A stretch of DNA of 64,000 bases from Tubulanus polymorphus (GCF_964204645.1 NC_134026.1:8703950-8767949); one strand, 5' to 3'; counted from the stretch's first letter, positions 12,601 to 28,800 are shown. A program made the numbers and translations. Notes: generated by a model from the letters alone, not told the origin.

Positions 12601-14765
12601 CGTTATCAATAAAATCAAATTCAACCAAATTTATTAATCAGCCAGTTGGAAATAATAATCCCGACTTCCTCACGCGCTATACGAGGACGGATCTTCGGGT
12701 GTGATTCATGCGCCGGAGCAGAAATTAGATACAGAGTCAGTATCGTAAATTAGGAACTGCGGGGATAAGAATCAGAATTTATTATCCAAACAAAAACCAT
12801 GGATCTGATTACCAAGCGTCAAATCAATGTTATCGGCACGTGTCCCGGCATTCATGTTCAACACTAAATATTGATTAACGAATTCCATTTTCTGGTAAAC
12901 ATTTAATGGTGACATTTTGTGCGTGCCTTCGGATTCCTTTCTTTTCATCAGCGTATGGTAATTCTGTTTTATGGATTTATGGAAGTGTTGAATACGCGAC
13001 GTTTTAAGCTAGAGAATCAAAAATAACGACCGTCGCTACTTCATCCGGCCATATGTCAATATGATGGCACTGCCGTTCAAATTTCCGGTCAGACACTCTC
13101 GAATTCACAACGCGGTCGATGTATAGCTACATGTTTCTACTTCCGGTCAAGTCACTCCAGCTTCAATATCTAGAGTGGCTCAGCGGTGGCTTGAGCCGTA
13201 CCGGATCCCAGATGCAATTCGATGATAATTCGGTCATATATCGACAAATAGAAATGAATAAAAGTTTTCAGGAAAAAAATCATTTTCTAATTTTGTTTCA
13301 CTATTCAGTAGGGAAATCTCATATCTGGCCATAATGTAAGTTACGGCACCAGAATTATATTAGAGGCATATGTCGTAAGGGCTGTGGTTCTAGATTGCTT
13401 TTCATATAATAAGGCATCAATAGAGACAAAACAGGTTTTTCAAGATTTGACCTCATATTAGCCCAAGTGATGCAAGGACGGTTCTAGGGGGTGTCCCAAA
13501 AATCTGACCCACTGCCTTCTCATTGGGGTTGCCCTTCCCGTCAAAGACAGAAGTCGTGAAAACCGATATATTTGACACTCAACCTCTGGGAGATTGCATC
13601 TTTTTTTGGTTTCATCTAATAACTTATATCTAACACCTAGGCAGGTACCCCACTAGTTGCCAATGACATGGTCATCCGGGATAATGCTTTTCTCGTCTTC
13701 TGGTCCCTGGCCTTCCAATTTTCCACGATCCGTCTCTGGTGATAACCTACGATATGCAATTGCTCTAAAGACGAATCCAAATACGGAAATACGGAGTATC
13801 AGAATCGATTTAATTTCGTTGACGTCATTTCGGAGTTCGCGGAACTCGTACGATTCTCAATTAAAGTAATCTAACGGCTAATTTTAATCTTATTGTCGAG
13901 TTAATTACTTCAATGTTTAATTGAAGCACCACTCAATTAGGAGTCGCAAAAAAATTCAATCACCGACAGTATCTGAATGATTGTTTTCGTCACTAATGAG
14001 CGACGTTGCATCTCGCATCGCCCCGCGTTTGAACGAGCGAATTACAAATACTCGAGGTGGTTTTTTTGGTAGACAGATGGCGGCGTTAATTGATTCTGTT
14101 TTTAGCCTGGCGCGTGAAAGGATATTAATAACCGAAAATCTTGTCGAGGAAACTGCGTGGCGGCGCCGCCACATTAGGCCTGGCAGCGAAAGTCGTCTCC
14201 GAAGCCAAGATAACCACTTTACAGGAAAATATTCCTCCTCAAGCGCGAGAACAGGCTGTGAAGCAGCCGCGCGTAGAAGTGACTCTATATCGCCGTGTGG
14301 TGAAATTTGCCGTTTGTTTGTAAATGTTCGCGGAGAAAAGTGTGACAAACGGTTTTCGAAAGAAAAACAGCGCGCCGTATAGCATCAGTCGTCAGACTGA
14401 TGGAGGCTCGAGGGCTCAATGATTAGAATCCATTCAGAGTTTTATACATCAGAGATACGCAATGAACTGTCGCTCTTTCTTTTACTCCAGTCCCTGCTTC
14501 GCGATCTCATTTACCGCTCTCTGACTCAATCTAAAATGGAAATACATGCGCTGATGTATTTTTCCCCGCGTATACGAATGCGTCGTACTTAGAACAGAAT
14601 GACATTTCGCAGACGTAGTTAGATACCGGAGAAAAAGTCACGCAGGGAAAATGTTAAGAAAAGGCAACGAAATTTTCATGTCTGGTTTTGAATTCGGTTC
14701 AGAAAGAAAAAAAATGCAAATTAGATAACGCAAAATTTCTCTGAGGTATATCGAATCCGAGCAAA

Positions 14766-14831
14766 AACGTAATTATGGCCATAACGTAAATCATCATTAA
14801 CATAATTATGGCCATAACGTAAATCATCATG
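14766..14831. repeat. 33-bp tandem duplication
   Basis: aacgtaattatggccataacgtaaatcatcatt followed by aacataattatggccataacgtaaatcatcatg. Confidence 0.9.
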
Positions 14832-15809
14832 AACTAAAAAATTTTGAACTGATTTTCCTAATATCTTAATATATTCATGAGTAGAATGTAAAAATGTAAA
14901 CTTGATTATGGTGTAGAAATAAGGTTATTCTGGAATGAACCCTGCCCACAAAGAACTTCAGTCCTATTTGCCTTACGCGCATCGTTATGCAAACGGGCAA
15001 GCACATTTGTTCGTTCTTCCGTTCGTTTTTGTTTAAATAGTCACATGATTAATTAGTGCCGCCTTGATCAGCTTTGAGCGAGATATATGCGTTGGTATAG
15101 TTGTACTTTCAGACAATTCGGAGCGTAATGCGCTCCGTCGGTCATCAGCGAAAATGACCTTTCGTGATTTTTACGTCCGTATCGCTCTTCCGCAAAATGG
15201 TCATCGGTAAATTGCTTCGGCCATTAACCTAAGTACTGCGCTTTTTCAGATTGTCGCCATATTAGCGGACATTAGCGTTGAGTTAGTCCGTTGTCAGCGC
15301 CTTTGATGGACAAGTGAAAATCATGCTGCAACAGTAATTGGCGCTCGGTAATGACGGATAAATTGTACAAACTCATCTGGCTCGGGCAATCTTCATAATC
15401 CAGCGTGTCGTTTAAAATAAAGTGTATTTCAATCAATCCGGTTAAGTTATGCGGGAGATGGTCTCGAAAATCGACAGCCAGCGTCATTAGGTTAGATAAA
15501 TGACATCGCATGGATTTACCAGAGACATGTTTGTCAATATAATCAAGCTTTATTTCGCCATTATTTACGACTGGGATGTTTTTGTTCGATAAATTCTTTT
15601 TCAAGACCTCCGTCACACGTACGTTAGGCACGTCTGATTCGGGTGGTAGGCGATGATTCTTTTACATAGACAAAAACAGATCAGAATTTCGGTGATATGC
15701 AGCATGCGCACGGATTATTATATGTATCAGAAGTTGTCAGAAGTATTATGTCGTGATGGCGATTCTCTTCGTAAGCATGAAATGGCTGATTGATTTCGGC
15801 GAAAGATGG

Positions 15810-16022
15810 TACAAGAAAACTAGCTTGAAAGTTTATTGACCCCTTGGAGATAAAACACAACCAATGTCTAATATCATAGACAATAACTGATATCATATAA
15901 CTCAAAGGATCAATAAAGTTATTTTGAATTTGAATATCGACCGGCAACCAGTCTGGCCAGGATTGCTAGATTGATGACGTAGGGCACATCTACTCAATAG
16001 ATTCATAATCAAAAAGACAGGA
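15810..16022 (+). repeat. Dispersed repeat family B, partial copy
   Basis: acaagaaaactagcttgaaagtttattgac...ttgaatttgaatat...ccggcaaccagtct...attgatgacgtagggcacatc, shared with five other loci. Confidence 0.75.
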
Positions 16023-16150
<128 letters not shown>

Positions 16151-18811
16151 TTTGGTTATCCATTGTTTAAGTAGAGTTACTTGGATAGTAAAGATATTTG
16201 GCGAGTCGCGCAAGAAGATTTAGGAAAATGCCGGTTTAATACTTTTTGTTCAAAGCTTTCCCTAGGGCAAAGACCTTTGCTGATGACCTGTCTGGGTTTT
16301 TATAGATTGACGCAGGAGAGTTCGTTTCAAGGTCAAATTCTACGTTGCAATCGACCGATGCGAATCCATTTAACCACAACGACGCAAAAATATCGACGAA
16401 AACAGTATGCATCGGTCTACTAAGATATCGACTAGTGATTTAGACAGCCTAACGGCTTGCTTACTGATAAAATCTCGGCAAGCTGCCACGCTTGTCGATC
16501 CAACAGGAAGGAAAATTCGCCGACGGCTGTGTTGTTTTTTTTTTAAATACCCATGAAGTGGGCGTTGACCACCTTAGTTCAGGTGAGGTGTATGGTGCGT
16601 TCTCCTCCTCGAGTTATAAAACTAGGATAAAGACTTATATTGAACTTGCCTCTGGCAGCAGTAGACTTGCTGCATGTGGTGCAAGGGTTAATCAAGACCC
16701 CTGATCAAAGCAATGTGTTTTTCCCATCACCACGGTGGTCAAACGCAATAAATGAATTTCGTAAATTCCTCGATTATCTTTCGTGTTAACGAATGGCAAG
16801 TCTTCAGCATTGCTTGGCAAACTAACAAATGACGTAAGAAAGATGTTGCGCACCAAAAGTCATTAGATTTCTTTGAATTCGTTGACGCTATCAAATTCTC
16901 AACGAAAATTACAGCATTACTCGTCAAAAAAGAATAAAAACAAGCAACATACCACAGAGTATAAACACGTACCACCATTGTTTCTTTAACATTAGATCTT
17001 GAAACTTGCCAGGCAATGAAAAATAATGGGGATTTAGTAACTACTTGGATCGGTCGTGTTTTTTTACTAATAATGGCATCATCCCGTGCAAAGAATGTAA
17101 CGTCTTTTGTTGACTACTGAAGTGGCAAAGAAATCAACATCGACAAACTACGGTAGACTTCACTCAAATCGGATCGTTTATGGGACCGTAAAATGTATCC
17201 GCCTTGGATTGTATGTATTTCATCACAGAAATATTTGAAAAAGCATCTGAGTTGAACAGTTATCCGAGTTGATCGGATCCGACAGATTTATCATATAATC
17301 TGGATGGTGTCTACGTTGCAGCTTGAAAACACAAACTCCAAACTTTTTAGAGCTGGAAAAAGATTTGTATACAAAGTACTGTTCATTGAATGTGATTATA
17401 GATATCACGGTCGGCGGGGATGGGAAAACTTCACGCGACACGCAGCCACGTTCATTGACATTCGTAATAAGAGTTCTAACTTAAATAACTTCTCGAATCA
17501 GCGTCATGATTATCTGCACGGGGACTGAATTTATAATTACTAGGCCAACCACTGCGAGGTTTGCTCACGATTGGAATCATTAGGCTTAATGACAACCTGT
17601 TTACGGTGTGTATTACCGAGCAAATTAATATCTATTTCCAATAAGGCGCTTCGTAATCACCCTAAGTGGATTGCCGAATGTATGCACTATTACCACCGAT
17701 GATGTTAAATTTTGTTAATCCGCGCCGTGCCACGCTGCGCCGAGGCGACAGAGCGCGAGTAGTCGTGTATTCCAACATTATTCATCCGTCGTGTAATTTG
17801 ATTTTAGCCGGTTACTCTAATTGAATCGACTTGAGATGTATATTTGCTCGAGCCGTACCTTCTTCACTGGAAATCAAATAATCGACAACCAGATGCCGCA
17901 GATGAACGCTTATCCGAGAGAGGAGGCTCTTTTCGTTTCGATATTTGTAAATCCGAGGATAGATGGTTTGTTTTGCGCGGTGTAGAAGAACTTTAGTGCT
18001 GCCGACTTAAGAAAACATACTTTATTTCCGCTACATATATATGCCACTTGTTTCGGTTTGATACACGACACTCGGTGTTGAAGCGTTCACTGTGCGATAA
18101 TTCGTATAGTAGTTCGAATATGTTGTTCTGGAAGTGGGTTTTTTTCCTGCCTCATCGAGAAAATCAGTTTTTCTGCGGATTTGAAATCGAGCGTACACAT
18201 TGACGTTGTGTGGTTCAGCTTCAGAAAAATTGAATTAGATCATAGCAAAAGAAAGGGCAATGTTTTCGTAATGCAGGATCTTTTTATATAAGATATCTTG
18301 CAGCACCTTTTGTTTCAAGCCTGAATAAACGATTATTGAAATGATAAAAAAATGATTGAAATGATTGACATATTATTGATGATGAATATATCTACACTTT
18401 TCTCTCCACAAATTCCAGCACTTCACTCAAGTTTGGGCAAGGTAATCGCGTAACCGGTAATACCATGAATAGGTCCAAATTCGGCTTTGTGGAATTCATT
18501 GCCCTAGGTTATTCGTAACAGTGAGTCTCTGTCAATTTTGTAGGAAATGCTAAAAATTCACAGATATATCTAATATCGATCTTAATATGTAACTTGTAAA
18601 CGAGAGGTTTTTTAGATATTTTCTATGCGAAAGTGTTCGAGTCTGCGAATCTGTAAAGTGAATAGTGCTATATTAAAGTAAACAATTCCTTATTATCATT
18701 ATCAATTATCTTCAGCATTACAAGACGTTTGGTCTGAAAGGCATAGATACGAAGTAAGGCTGGACACTATTATAAGCAAGCGTGTTCATAAACTACATTA
18801 TCGCATAGTAC

Positions 18812-19093
18812 AAGCGGGCGTGTCTGCCTTGCGACTGCCAGCGGCCCGTTGCGACGCGATTCTCTGCGACCACCAGCAACGATCGCGTCGCAAAGACCCG
18901 TCGATTTAACTATTCACTTGCGGTGCAAGTCGCAACAAGTCACACAGTCCTGTTCAACTTTCTGCGTCGTTGCAACGGACAGAGACAGACCCACACCGTC
19001 GCTGACGAACGCGTGGCAGTCGACCTAGGCGCCCAATTTGCAACCGGCTGCAATCGATCGCGTCGGCATCGTTAGTCTACCTACGCCCGCCTT
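18812..19093. mobile_element. MITE, PIF/Harbinger-like
   Basis: TIRs aagcgggcgt / acgcccgcctt; interior rich in gcgac/gtcgc motifs. Confidence 0.5.
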
Positions 19094-19544
19094 TAACGTT
19101 GCCTATATAAAAACATGCGATGAATTATGTAATGATAAGCACGATAGGCTAATCTGCGCCGTAAAACATGTCCCGTGAATGAGAGAATCTACAATATATA
19201 ATGATCGATGGATTTTCAGGATATAAATTTTGTCCGGCGAGAATTGATCAATCAAAATCTTTAATCGAAAAGTTTATTGATGGCGAACGAGTAAAGCTAA
19301 AACGTTACAACGCATATCCGAACAGCGCCTACAGTCATTAAACATTCGGCCCTGCCATAGCCGCCGGCAGCGGTTTTCCGCCAAACTTCCGTCACTTAAC
19401 TGCAGACGAATATTCAGCGCGGAATTACGACCGACCGATCCCGAATCGATGACGCTTTCGCATAAAACGCTGCGTATTTTTGCCTCGAATCTAATGTCGA
19501 GAATCTGACGTCGAGTGAATGTATCGCAGCCGTTGTAGATGCAG

Positions 19545-19990
19545 TTAATAAGAAAATCAACTTGAAAAAGTTTATTGGCGCCCTGAGGGAAAATTATGCA
19601 TACATATTGCTTGATATTATCGACAAATAATAATGAAATATAACATGAAATATCAATAAAGTAATTTTGAATTTGAATATAAGTCGACAATTGTATTGAA
19701 TTGTTCGACAACCAGTCTAATCAGGCTAGCCCAAATATTGATAAAACAGGCGCATCCACTCTGAAAATTAATTATCATATAGACATGACAATTTATTGAA
19801 TAGAAAATGAAAGTATGAAATATGTTTAGGTACAAAATGAACACAAAAATTATCAATTGTAATTGTTATTTTTTGAAATGCAAATATTGATGACGTAGTG
19901 TACATCGAATCATTCAGAACCCCTTGACTGACGCATTATAATTAGAAATGTATAAAAACTTTATCGTAGCAGTTTTTACGGCAACCCAAT
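19545..19990 (+). repeat. Dispersed repeat family B copy
   Basis: Same motif order as 15810, 42305 and 48100 (aagaaaatcaacttgaaaaagtttattggcg ... attgatgacgtagtgtacatcga ... gtttttacggc). Confidence 0.75.
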
Positions 19991-20987
19991 TTATACAAAA
20001 TTTAAGATTACAAAGGAAATTTGAAATTGAAAATCGAAATCTCGTTTCTTGTGAGATATCGATGGTCTTTAGTAAAATACTGAAACGCCGTGTCTTATGA
20101 TAACTGTTAAACTTTCAATAACAATTTTGAACAATTTCTACTCATGAATCTGAATACAGTCGGGTTTTTAATTCTACAGCGAATAATGGTTATTGATTTC
20201 GAATCCTGTGTTATTTCCATCTAAGTAAATGTCGCCGGCCATTCTTCATTTTTTCATGAACAGTTTCCTTAGACGTAGAGTTCATATATCCTTGGCTACA
20301 TGCACGCGTGGATAAAAATGCTGTATACACAACACACGCCTTGTCATAATCCTTTGCTATTGTTCACGATATCATTTCTATTGTTCATAATTGCACATCT
20401 ATTCTATGCTGTGAGAAATCTGGACGACCTTCACCAGTGGCAACCATATATTTCATTAGCTTAACCAATTAATCAGTTATCTCTCAGATCTTTCCATATG
20501 ATAATATCAAATATAAAAACGCCTTCTTCATCCAGACCTTCTTCTCCGGTTTCGCATTTTACTTCCAATTTTATGATTAATCGCCTGCTAGACCTCGCGT
20601 ATACAAAAGCGGAACTTCCTGACAATGAGTTCATTGTTACAGATGGAGGAGAATAAGACGTTACCGCGCCGCGATAACAATGGAATTAAATTAATCATAG
20701 CGCCCGGTTCAATAATTCATCTTTGCAGCAGTTGAACGCTTGTAAATGGATTATGTAATTCACAGCTATCTATTGTTTGATACCTTTTCAGTAATGGATT
20801 GCCTACTCGATATTCAATAAATAATAGATTTCACGGGTAAATGCACAGCGCTAAGATGGCGGCGATTTGATGGGGGTGGTAATTATCCAGGAACTATCGC
20901 CTTGCGTGTATCGCCTTGAGACGTGTGAAGATCCCCCGTATAAGAACGCCCAGGAACGACCGAATTAAAAATCCCGCAAAATCGTAA

Positions 20988-21215
20988 CAGCCCGGCGAAT
21001 TTAGGTTTTCGAAGTTTTTTAAGTGGTCGGAACTAATAACCGAACGCGCTATATAGTTTAGTCGTAACGTATTTCACAGAGTCGCCATCTTGGAACTAGG
21101 CCCGAACTACGGCGACCGTGCTCCGACCATTTCCGAGCCTTGCTTCCGACTAACTGGCATTCGGTTTCGTTTAGTTCGACTATAGTCGACGAACTCGGGT
21201 AACAAGTTCGCCCTG
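20988..21215 (-). mobile_element. MITE family A, copy 3
   Basis: gtggtcggaactaataaccga...gccatcttggaactagg...aagttcgccctg, homologous to 7090-7332. Confidence 0.75.
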
Positions 21216-23317
21216 ACACGTCACACGCAGTGTAATATATGTCGATATGAAACGACCTTGAACTTTGCCGTAAAGTTTTCGGAGACAACGTGACATTTCG
21301 AATATATGCAGGAGATCGACCCTTCGTGGAATTTTATGAGAACAAAGCACGACGTAATCGCCCACTCTTGATCCAAATGCGCAAATGAATTCAGTCGCGA
21401 ATTCCTAGAAAATGAATTGCCCTAGAATTCATACGTGCTACTCGACTGGCAGTATCCACTCGTCGACGGAATTTCGTTTTGCTGCAATGACTTTTTGCGC
21501 GGACTTAATGCGTAGTCATTTTGTTTGCGAAGCATAATAATTTCAAACGAATTCCCGGGAGCATATTTTCGTGTTAGTAAAATTGACACTGGCTCGGTGT
21601 ATGCAAACACGCGGCAGCGCAACTTTCGAGTCCGCGCACTTCGGTTTTCATTGGCGATGATGCGACGAGAGATGAGATGCTTGCGTCTAATCATCGTCAG
21701 TTATCAATCAGCGCAAAACGAGCGCTAGAACCCGGCGCTATATTCACTGGGGAAAATCCTGGGTTAAATGGATGGTGCATTTCTTATCACTCAAAGCAAA
21801 ATCTCAACTGCGCTTTATGCAAATGAATTCAAAGGATCAACTCAAATCAACTAGATGGAATTTTTCATTTCACCACACGGCCGAGTTTCACTCACACCGA
21901 TGAAATTTGCCTTTTAAATAAGATCGTCAGTTAAGTCGGCGACTTAAACAACCGTGAGTCAATATCATTCGTACGCTATAAATCTTTGATTTTCATTACT
22001 TTTTGCGCTGTCTGCCTGCGAATTTCAAAAGTCAATTCTAGAATCGGATCGCGCGTCGACAATTGAGACGTTTTTGCGTCTCGTCGAATTAGTGCTAGCA
22101 AAACAGATACACTCGGCGCGCGCCGTCGCTCGGGAAATAAGTCGGCAAGGAAGAAACTTTCTCTCTCAGCGCGTGGTATTTCGATATCCCGGGAGGGAGA
22201 TTACTCACAAAGAATCGGCCGATTAAATTCTATTGAAAAAATTAGACGAAATCTACGAAATTAACCGGCGTCGTCGATTCTCGAATGTCATCGTTCAGCG
22301 AAAACCGAAAGGCTGCATTCCTAAGATCGCTAATTGCTCGGAGCGGTGACCTGTGTGATTTGATGAAGCTGCTTTGCTGACTGAATATTCCAGTTCCCCG
22401 AAGGTGAACAAGTCGAAATCGTTGACGCCGTGTAATTCGATATAGAGCGAGTCGACGGCAAAACGTAAACGACTGATGACGAATTTTAATGCGCCGAATT
22501 GCGAAATTGTTTGATTTTTGTTTTATCGTTTAATCTCAGTATACTTTATTCTACGATCAAAGATGTCTTCCATATCCATCAACATTCAGCTATTTCAATT
22601 TCATTCTAGATTCTACTTTTAAAAGCTCTCCCTCTTCTTCCCTTTTTTCAAAAATGTTCGCCTGCCTATTTTTCTTTCTTCACACCCGATATCATCATTT
22701 TTTTCTGTTCTGGCTCTGGTTATGAAACCCCGCGAGGTAGGAATGGTTGGTCGTGGGGTCATGGGAAGACGATAAAGAGCGCGGGAGGAGTGGAAATAGG
22801 GCCAATTATGCAGCAAAATAGAAACTTAATCAGGAAAACACGTAAGACACTGAAATTATCGGGAAAGCGTAAGAAGATGCGATATAAAATCATCGAAGTT
22901 GGTTTTCTCAGATAAAAGCGCTATTACACAGCGAGTGACCAATCGATCGGTCATACGGAATGCAACGGTTTTCTATTTCTAGGAACAGGGCTTAAATGGT
23001 CAGCGGGGACTCAGTAATCCGAGCTTTGGCCGTATACAGTAATACTGATGTAGGATTGTATAGACCAATTACATTTACTTAACCCTTTTTATTGATATCG
23101 AACGCATTCATCTATTTATGAAAGTCAGATTATTACTCCATAGGTCACAAGGTCGTGGACGCATAAAATTTTATTTGATGTATATAGTCTAGATCTAATG
23201 GCTATTATTCGATCGCTTCCTTTTTGTTTTCGCGGTCTAAGACATCAGTTTCCGGATTTTTACATTAACGGTTAATACTTTGTGAACTGTATATGAAAAG
23301 GTCATTGTTATATCTGC

Positions 23318-23521
<204 letters not shown>

Positions 23522-25876
23522 CTTCGAGAAGACTGAAGCCGATATCTCAATTGCATTTCCCAAGCGTAGCTTAATATTAAAATCGGTATATATGAACGAA
23601 TCCATACGAGCTCTAATGATGCATGTGCTCGTGACGTCATCAAGCGTGAATTTCAAACAGCGAAATCTCTCTGCATCTGTTGACAGGAAACTATAATCTC
23701 ACTATTCATCGCCGGATTAAAAAATTCCATTCGATCAGGAATCGAGCCGTGCCAAATTGGAGCCCGTATAGTAATCAGTTATGACTTCCGAAACTCCTTT
23801 TATACGGATCAATGGTTCACGCGAATTTTAAAACTGAACGGCACGATAAACTGTAGTTCTACGGACGACTATCGATGAAAGTTGAATAGCGAATTTTTCG
23901 GTTGGCCAGGTATAAAAGACATCGCGTTTATATCTGGCCAACTACGACACCTCGTCGTTGATAATCATCGTTTAAACACGCCGCACTTCATCAGTCTCGT
24001 TCTTCTTTTTCTTACGCAATAATTCGCGCCATAAAACCCGCATTTTTAAATCATCCGTATTTTCGGCGCAGCCAAGCGGTAAAGTACCTACCGGTGCAGC
24101 AGAAAGAAGGGCCATTCAGATTAGTATGACCGGAATAATGCCGCGATGTCGTCCATCATTTAAGTGCCAGGCTAAGACACGTCGTTGACTCAGGGATATA
24201 ATTAAATCGTGCGCTATACCGTTTTTATAAGCAGATTAGCGACCGTTAAAGAGTGGTGACCATACCGTATGTAGCCCGGACAATACAATTAGGAATATGT
24301 TTCGAGAAGCTGTGTAGTGGACACTAGAGTCCGTCATAGCGTGTCATTGGCAGCTAAACAACGGTATTATCTCTACAAGTCGAACGGAGGAAAACATGTC
24401 CGATATGGCAGGATGCATTTTGTTGTACTCATGGATTCGTGACGAGAATGCGCAGCTCGAAATCCCGTTTACCGACTACCACCCCTTTAGTCACGTACCT
24501 TCTCCGCCCCTCGATCCTACGTCTGCTAGAAGATAAGATCTATTTTGAAAGAAAAGTACAAAAGAAATCGACTTGAGAAGATGCGTGTTCGGTAGGGTAC
24601 TTCTAAGTACTTGTCCATTCATTCGACGCAGGAGTCATTCTGTTTTTATCATTTAAAGAACTACCTGCAAAATGGTGAATGTGGCTATTAGAGACGCTAT
24701 ATAACTTCATAAATCGTTAGTAAGTACTCGTTTAATCGTTCGGCGAAGGTAGAATTGTTCCTAAGTCATAACAGGCTACGATTGGCTTTTTATCATTTAA
24801 AAATGCGTTTCAATAATCGCAATAATGATACAACGCGGCACGCAGCTGCGCGTTATAATCCTTTGATGTTATTGCCAACGTTTTTACATTTAGAGATCTG
24901 TAAAACGAAAAACGTATATGTCGTTATGGAGCGTTGTGTTTAGTTACATTAATACAGGGGCAGTCATTAGTGATCAATAGGTCTAGCTTTAATGGAACTA
25001 GGAGCACCATGCCGAGAAATAGCGTTATTACTTCACGATTGCGTGGATTTCCATCGGCATATTGCAATTTCAGTGCTTCACAATTTCGTTTTCTCGTTCC
25101 CTAGTGGCGCGCAAGCGGCATTAACGCGCGTTCAATGACATACAACTTGTAACATAATGTTAAATTATTTATGGATAAGAAAAATAAAAAAGCCGGTCTC
25201 CCGGGTTAAATCATGATTAGGCAGCAGGTTATAATGACTATACCTTGTTCTCACGAGACGTTTCGCTCCGCCTGATGACAAATTCTTCCAAGTCGTGCAA
25301 ATTACAGCGAAGCAGTGCGTATGTACGTATACCTTTCCGAGCTGGTGCTTTCTTTTTCACGCCATGGGACGAGTCGTAGAGAAAGAATTTCAGCAAAATC
25401 AAGAAGATTGGGGGATTGATTGAGAAAGTCATTTATTTACAGAAATGACGGAAATGCAAATATTCCAGATTGAAACTGAATTTTGCATAAAGGTTGGCCA
25501 AAAAAGTGCCACATAATAATACAGAATCACAATAAATGTTATATATATACCGCCGAGAAAATCTAAGAATAGTATTTTACACATTGATTCCCCAGAGGGC
25601 GGGACAAAAGGGTGAGTTTTAATAACACATAAGCGTCTAGAAACTCTAGAGAGAAAGAATTTCACGTTCGAAAATGGTGTTTTAGAACATTTTTATAAGA
25701 AGCGAGTGATTTTCTGTGTAAAAACGAATTCCGGGAGTGGTTCGATTTTCGCAAGATTAAAGTGGAAAGTTTTTGGTACAAGTTCAGACATATATGTAGA
25801 GAAGAATTTCAGCATTCTTTTAATAGAAACATTTTCTTCGTGCCTTAACAATTTTTATGAAAAAGAAGTTCATTCT

Positions 25877-28800
25877 TCCATCGCCCCCGATTTTCTTCTT
25901 TTTTTCATTTATATCTTCTTCCGTTCTGGTAATACGACTGGTCTTCGGGTGTAGACTTATTTCTTTCGAGCGTGATTGTATTGCGTCTACATCAATATAT
26001 GTAGCTACAAAAATTCAGCGAAATTATTTTTGGTTTTTGGCCATCTTTTTGCTATCTAGTTACGTGTATATTGTCCGTGCTCAAATTTCTTTTAAAATAT
26101 CGAGCGAAAAAACTTTGAAACTTAAACCGATTTCGACAATGTTTTGCACATCCAGGATGGTTTTTCATAAATGAAATATCCATGTCACATTTTTATACGT
26201 TTTGCCAGGGCCTCGCTGGTACTTGATTCCCTTAGTCGGTTTTTGTCTATCTATATTCAGGAAAAATCTATTTTCAGCATCTGACCAACTCGTCAATAAA
26301 CTAAATCAGACAGTCCAATTTCTAACGAGAAAATTCAGAAATGTTTTTGAATCGTTTGTATTATTTGCGTTGTAAAGGTGCTGTGAAAATAAACAAAAAT
26401 CATTTCACTCAAATAAATCAAACAATTCCAAAATTGGTACACGCACATTATTCTGAATGACTGTCGTATATAAGGAAATGCGAAGAAATTCAAATCAAAT
26501 TCGAAATAAATGTCATGTCTGGAGTACGTCTACTGCGCTAGTCATAAAACATCTCTCAGAATCTGCGATAGTGTCCGTAGTTATTCAAATTTCGTCTGTC
26601 GTTACTATGTATGTTTACCTCTCGCGTATACGCGCATCTGAAATTGAAGTACCCACGGCGTAGCGGCGCTGCTTCCGGGACAGATTGGCGATGAAATACT
26701 TTCTGGAAATCTTCGATAAGTGCACTATAGATTTTCTTCCTGCTGCTAAGGATTTAATTTCTAAGCGAGGAGTGGAAAAAACGACGTCGGTTCGGTTCGC
26801 GTCGGTTGCCGGCTGACTCACGCACCCAAGTAGCAATTTCGTCGCGAATGCCGTCGGGTATTGATCGCATCTTTATTGACGGACGGTTGTTTCCAGTAGT
26901 CGCATTGCCTTATACTCGCTTACTGATAATACCATAAAGTCGGTAATGCGGTCAATTGCTTGTATGTAAAGAGGACCATCGTTAGTAAAAAGGTGACCAG
27001 CCGCTGACCAATCAAATACTATATATCGCCAGTACTAATTTCTTCCTCTCATACCACGAGTCACGTCGTACGTTCTATCCATTTCTTCTTTTTTTTAATT
27101 TTTCGATGATGAATGCCTGTGCATGCACATACTTCAGATCGTATGAATATTTAAATATCATATCAAGCGTATAGTTTGAAATATTGAAGTAGTTTCAAAT
27201 AATGAATGACTCACCAATTTATATGTGTATATCAATTGAATGAACTACATGTTTGGAAAAGGGTCGAATACGTGCAAGGATGTAATTCACTTTGCGTAAT
27301 AATTGAAACATTGTACCGTGGCATATTGGGTTTTTTTCGAACTCAAAATGGACACTGATCGGCAATCCCATGGGATAGGTTGGTCTTACGGTACTTTGGT
27401 ATTAACTCGACCCTAGGGAGCATTCATAGTTATCTATGATTTTCCTTTGTTGTCAATGGTTATCGGCGGTTTAACCCGGCGTTAAACCGTAATACTCAAT
27501 TCAAACCAACGGCTTCAGACATTTATTGCGAAACATTTTTGAAAAAAAAATTGCTCGCGCGCCTGGGAACAAAACTCCAACGAATGGATCGTAGACTAGA
27601 GATACCGGTATCGACATTTTCCATGATAAAGGAGCAGGCATAATACGAAAGTTTGACCAGATTTGTTGATATACAATTGACTTCAATCGCCCCCGATTTT
27701 CTTCTTTTTTTCATTTATATCTTCTTCCGTTCTGGTAATACGACTGGTCTTCGGGTGTAGACTTATTTCTTTCGAGCGTGATTGTATTGCGTCTACATCA
27801 ATATATGTAGCTACAAAAATTCAGCGAAATTATTTTTGGTTTTTGGCCATCTTTTTGCTATCTAGTTACGTGTATATTGTCCGTGCTCAAATTTCTTTTA
27901 AAATATCGAGCGAAAAAACTTTGAAACTTAAACCGATTTCGACAATGTTTTGCACATCCAGGATGGTTTTTCATAAATGAAATATCCATGTCACATTTTT
28001 ATACGTTTTGCCAGGGCCTCGCTGGTACTTGATTCCCTTAGTCGGTTTTTGTCTATCTATATTCAGGAAAAATCTATTTTCAGCATCTGACCAACTCGTC
28101 AATAAACTAAATCAGACAGTCCAATTTCTAACGAGAAAATTCAGAAATGTTTTTGAATCGTTTGTATTATTTGCGTTGTAAAGGTGCTGTGAAAATAAAC
28201 AAAAATCATTTCACTCAAATAAATCAAACAATTCCAAAATTGGTACACGCACATTATTCTGAATGACTGTCGTATATAAGGAAATGCGAAGAAATTCAAA
28301 TCAAATTCGAAATAAATGTCATGTCTGGAGTACGTCTACTGCGCTAGTCATAAAACATCTCTCAGAATCTGCGATAGTGTCCGTAGTTATTCAAATTTCG
28401 TCTGTCGTTACTATGTATGTTTACCTCTCGCGTATACGCGCATCTGAAATTGAAGTACCCACGGCGTAGCGGCGCTGCTTCCGGGACAGATTGGCGATGA
28501 AATACTTTCTGGAAATCTTCGATAAGTGCACTATAGATTTTCTTCCTGCTGCTAAGGATTTAATTTCTAAGCGAGGAGTGGAAAAAACGACGTCGGTTCG
28601 GTTCGCGTCGGTTGCCGGCTGACTCACGCACCCAAGTAGCAATTTCGTCGCGAATGCCGTCGGGTATTGATCGCATCTTTATTGACGGACGGTTGTTTCC
28701 AGTAGTCGCATTGCCTTATACTCGCTTACTGATAATACCATAAAGTCGGTAATGCGGTCAATTGCTTGTATGTAAAGAGGACCATCGTTAGTAAAAAGGT

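Noticed and set aside
13956-14382. Overlapping 130-aa ORFs on both strands
   Set aside because: No recognisable domain or splice context; typical of CG-rich non-coding DNA.
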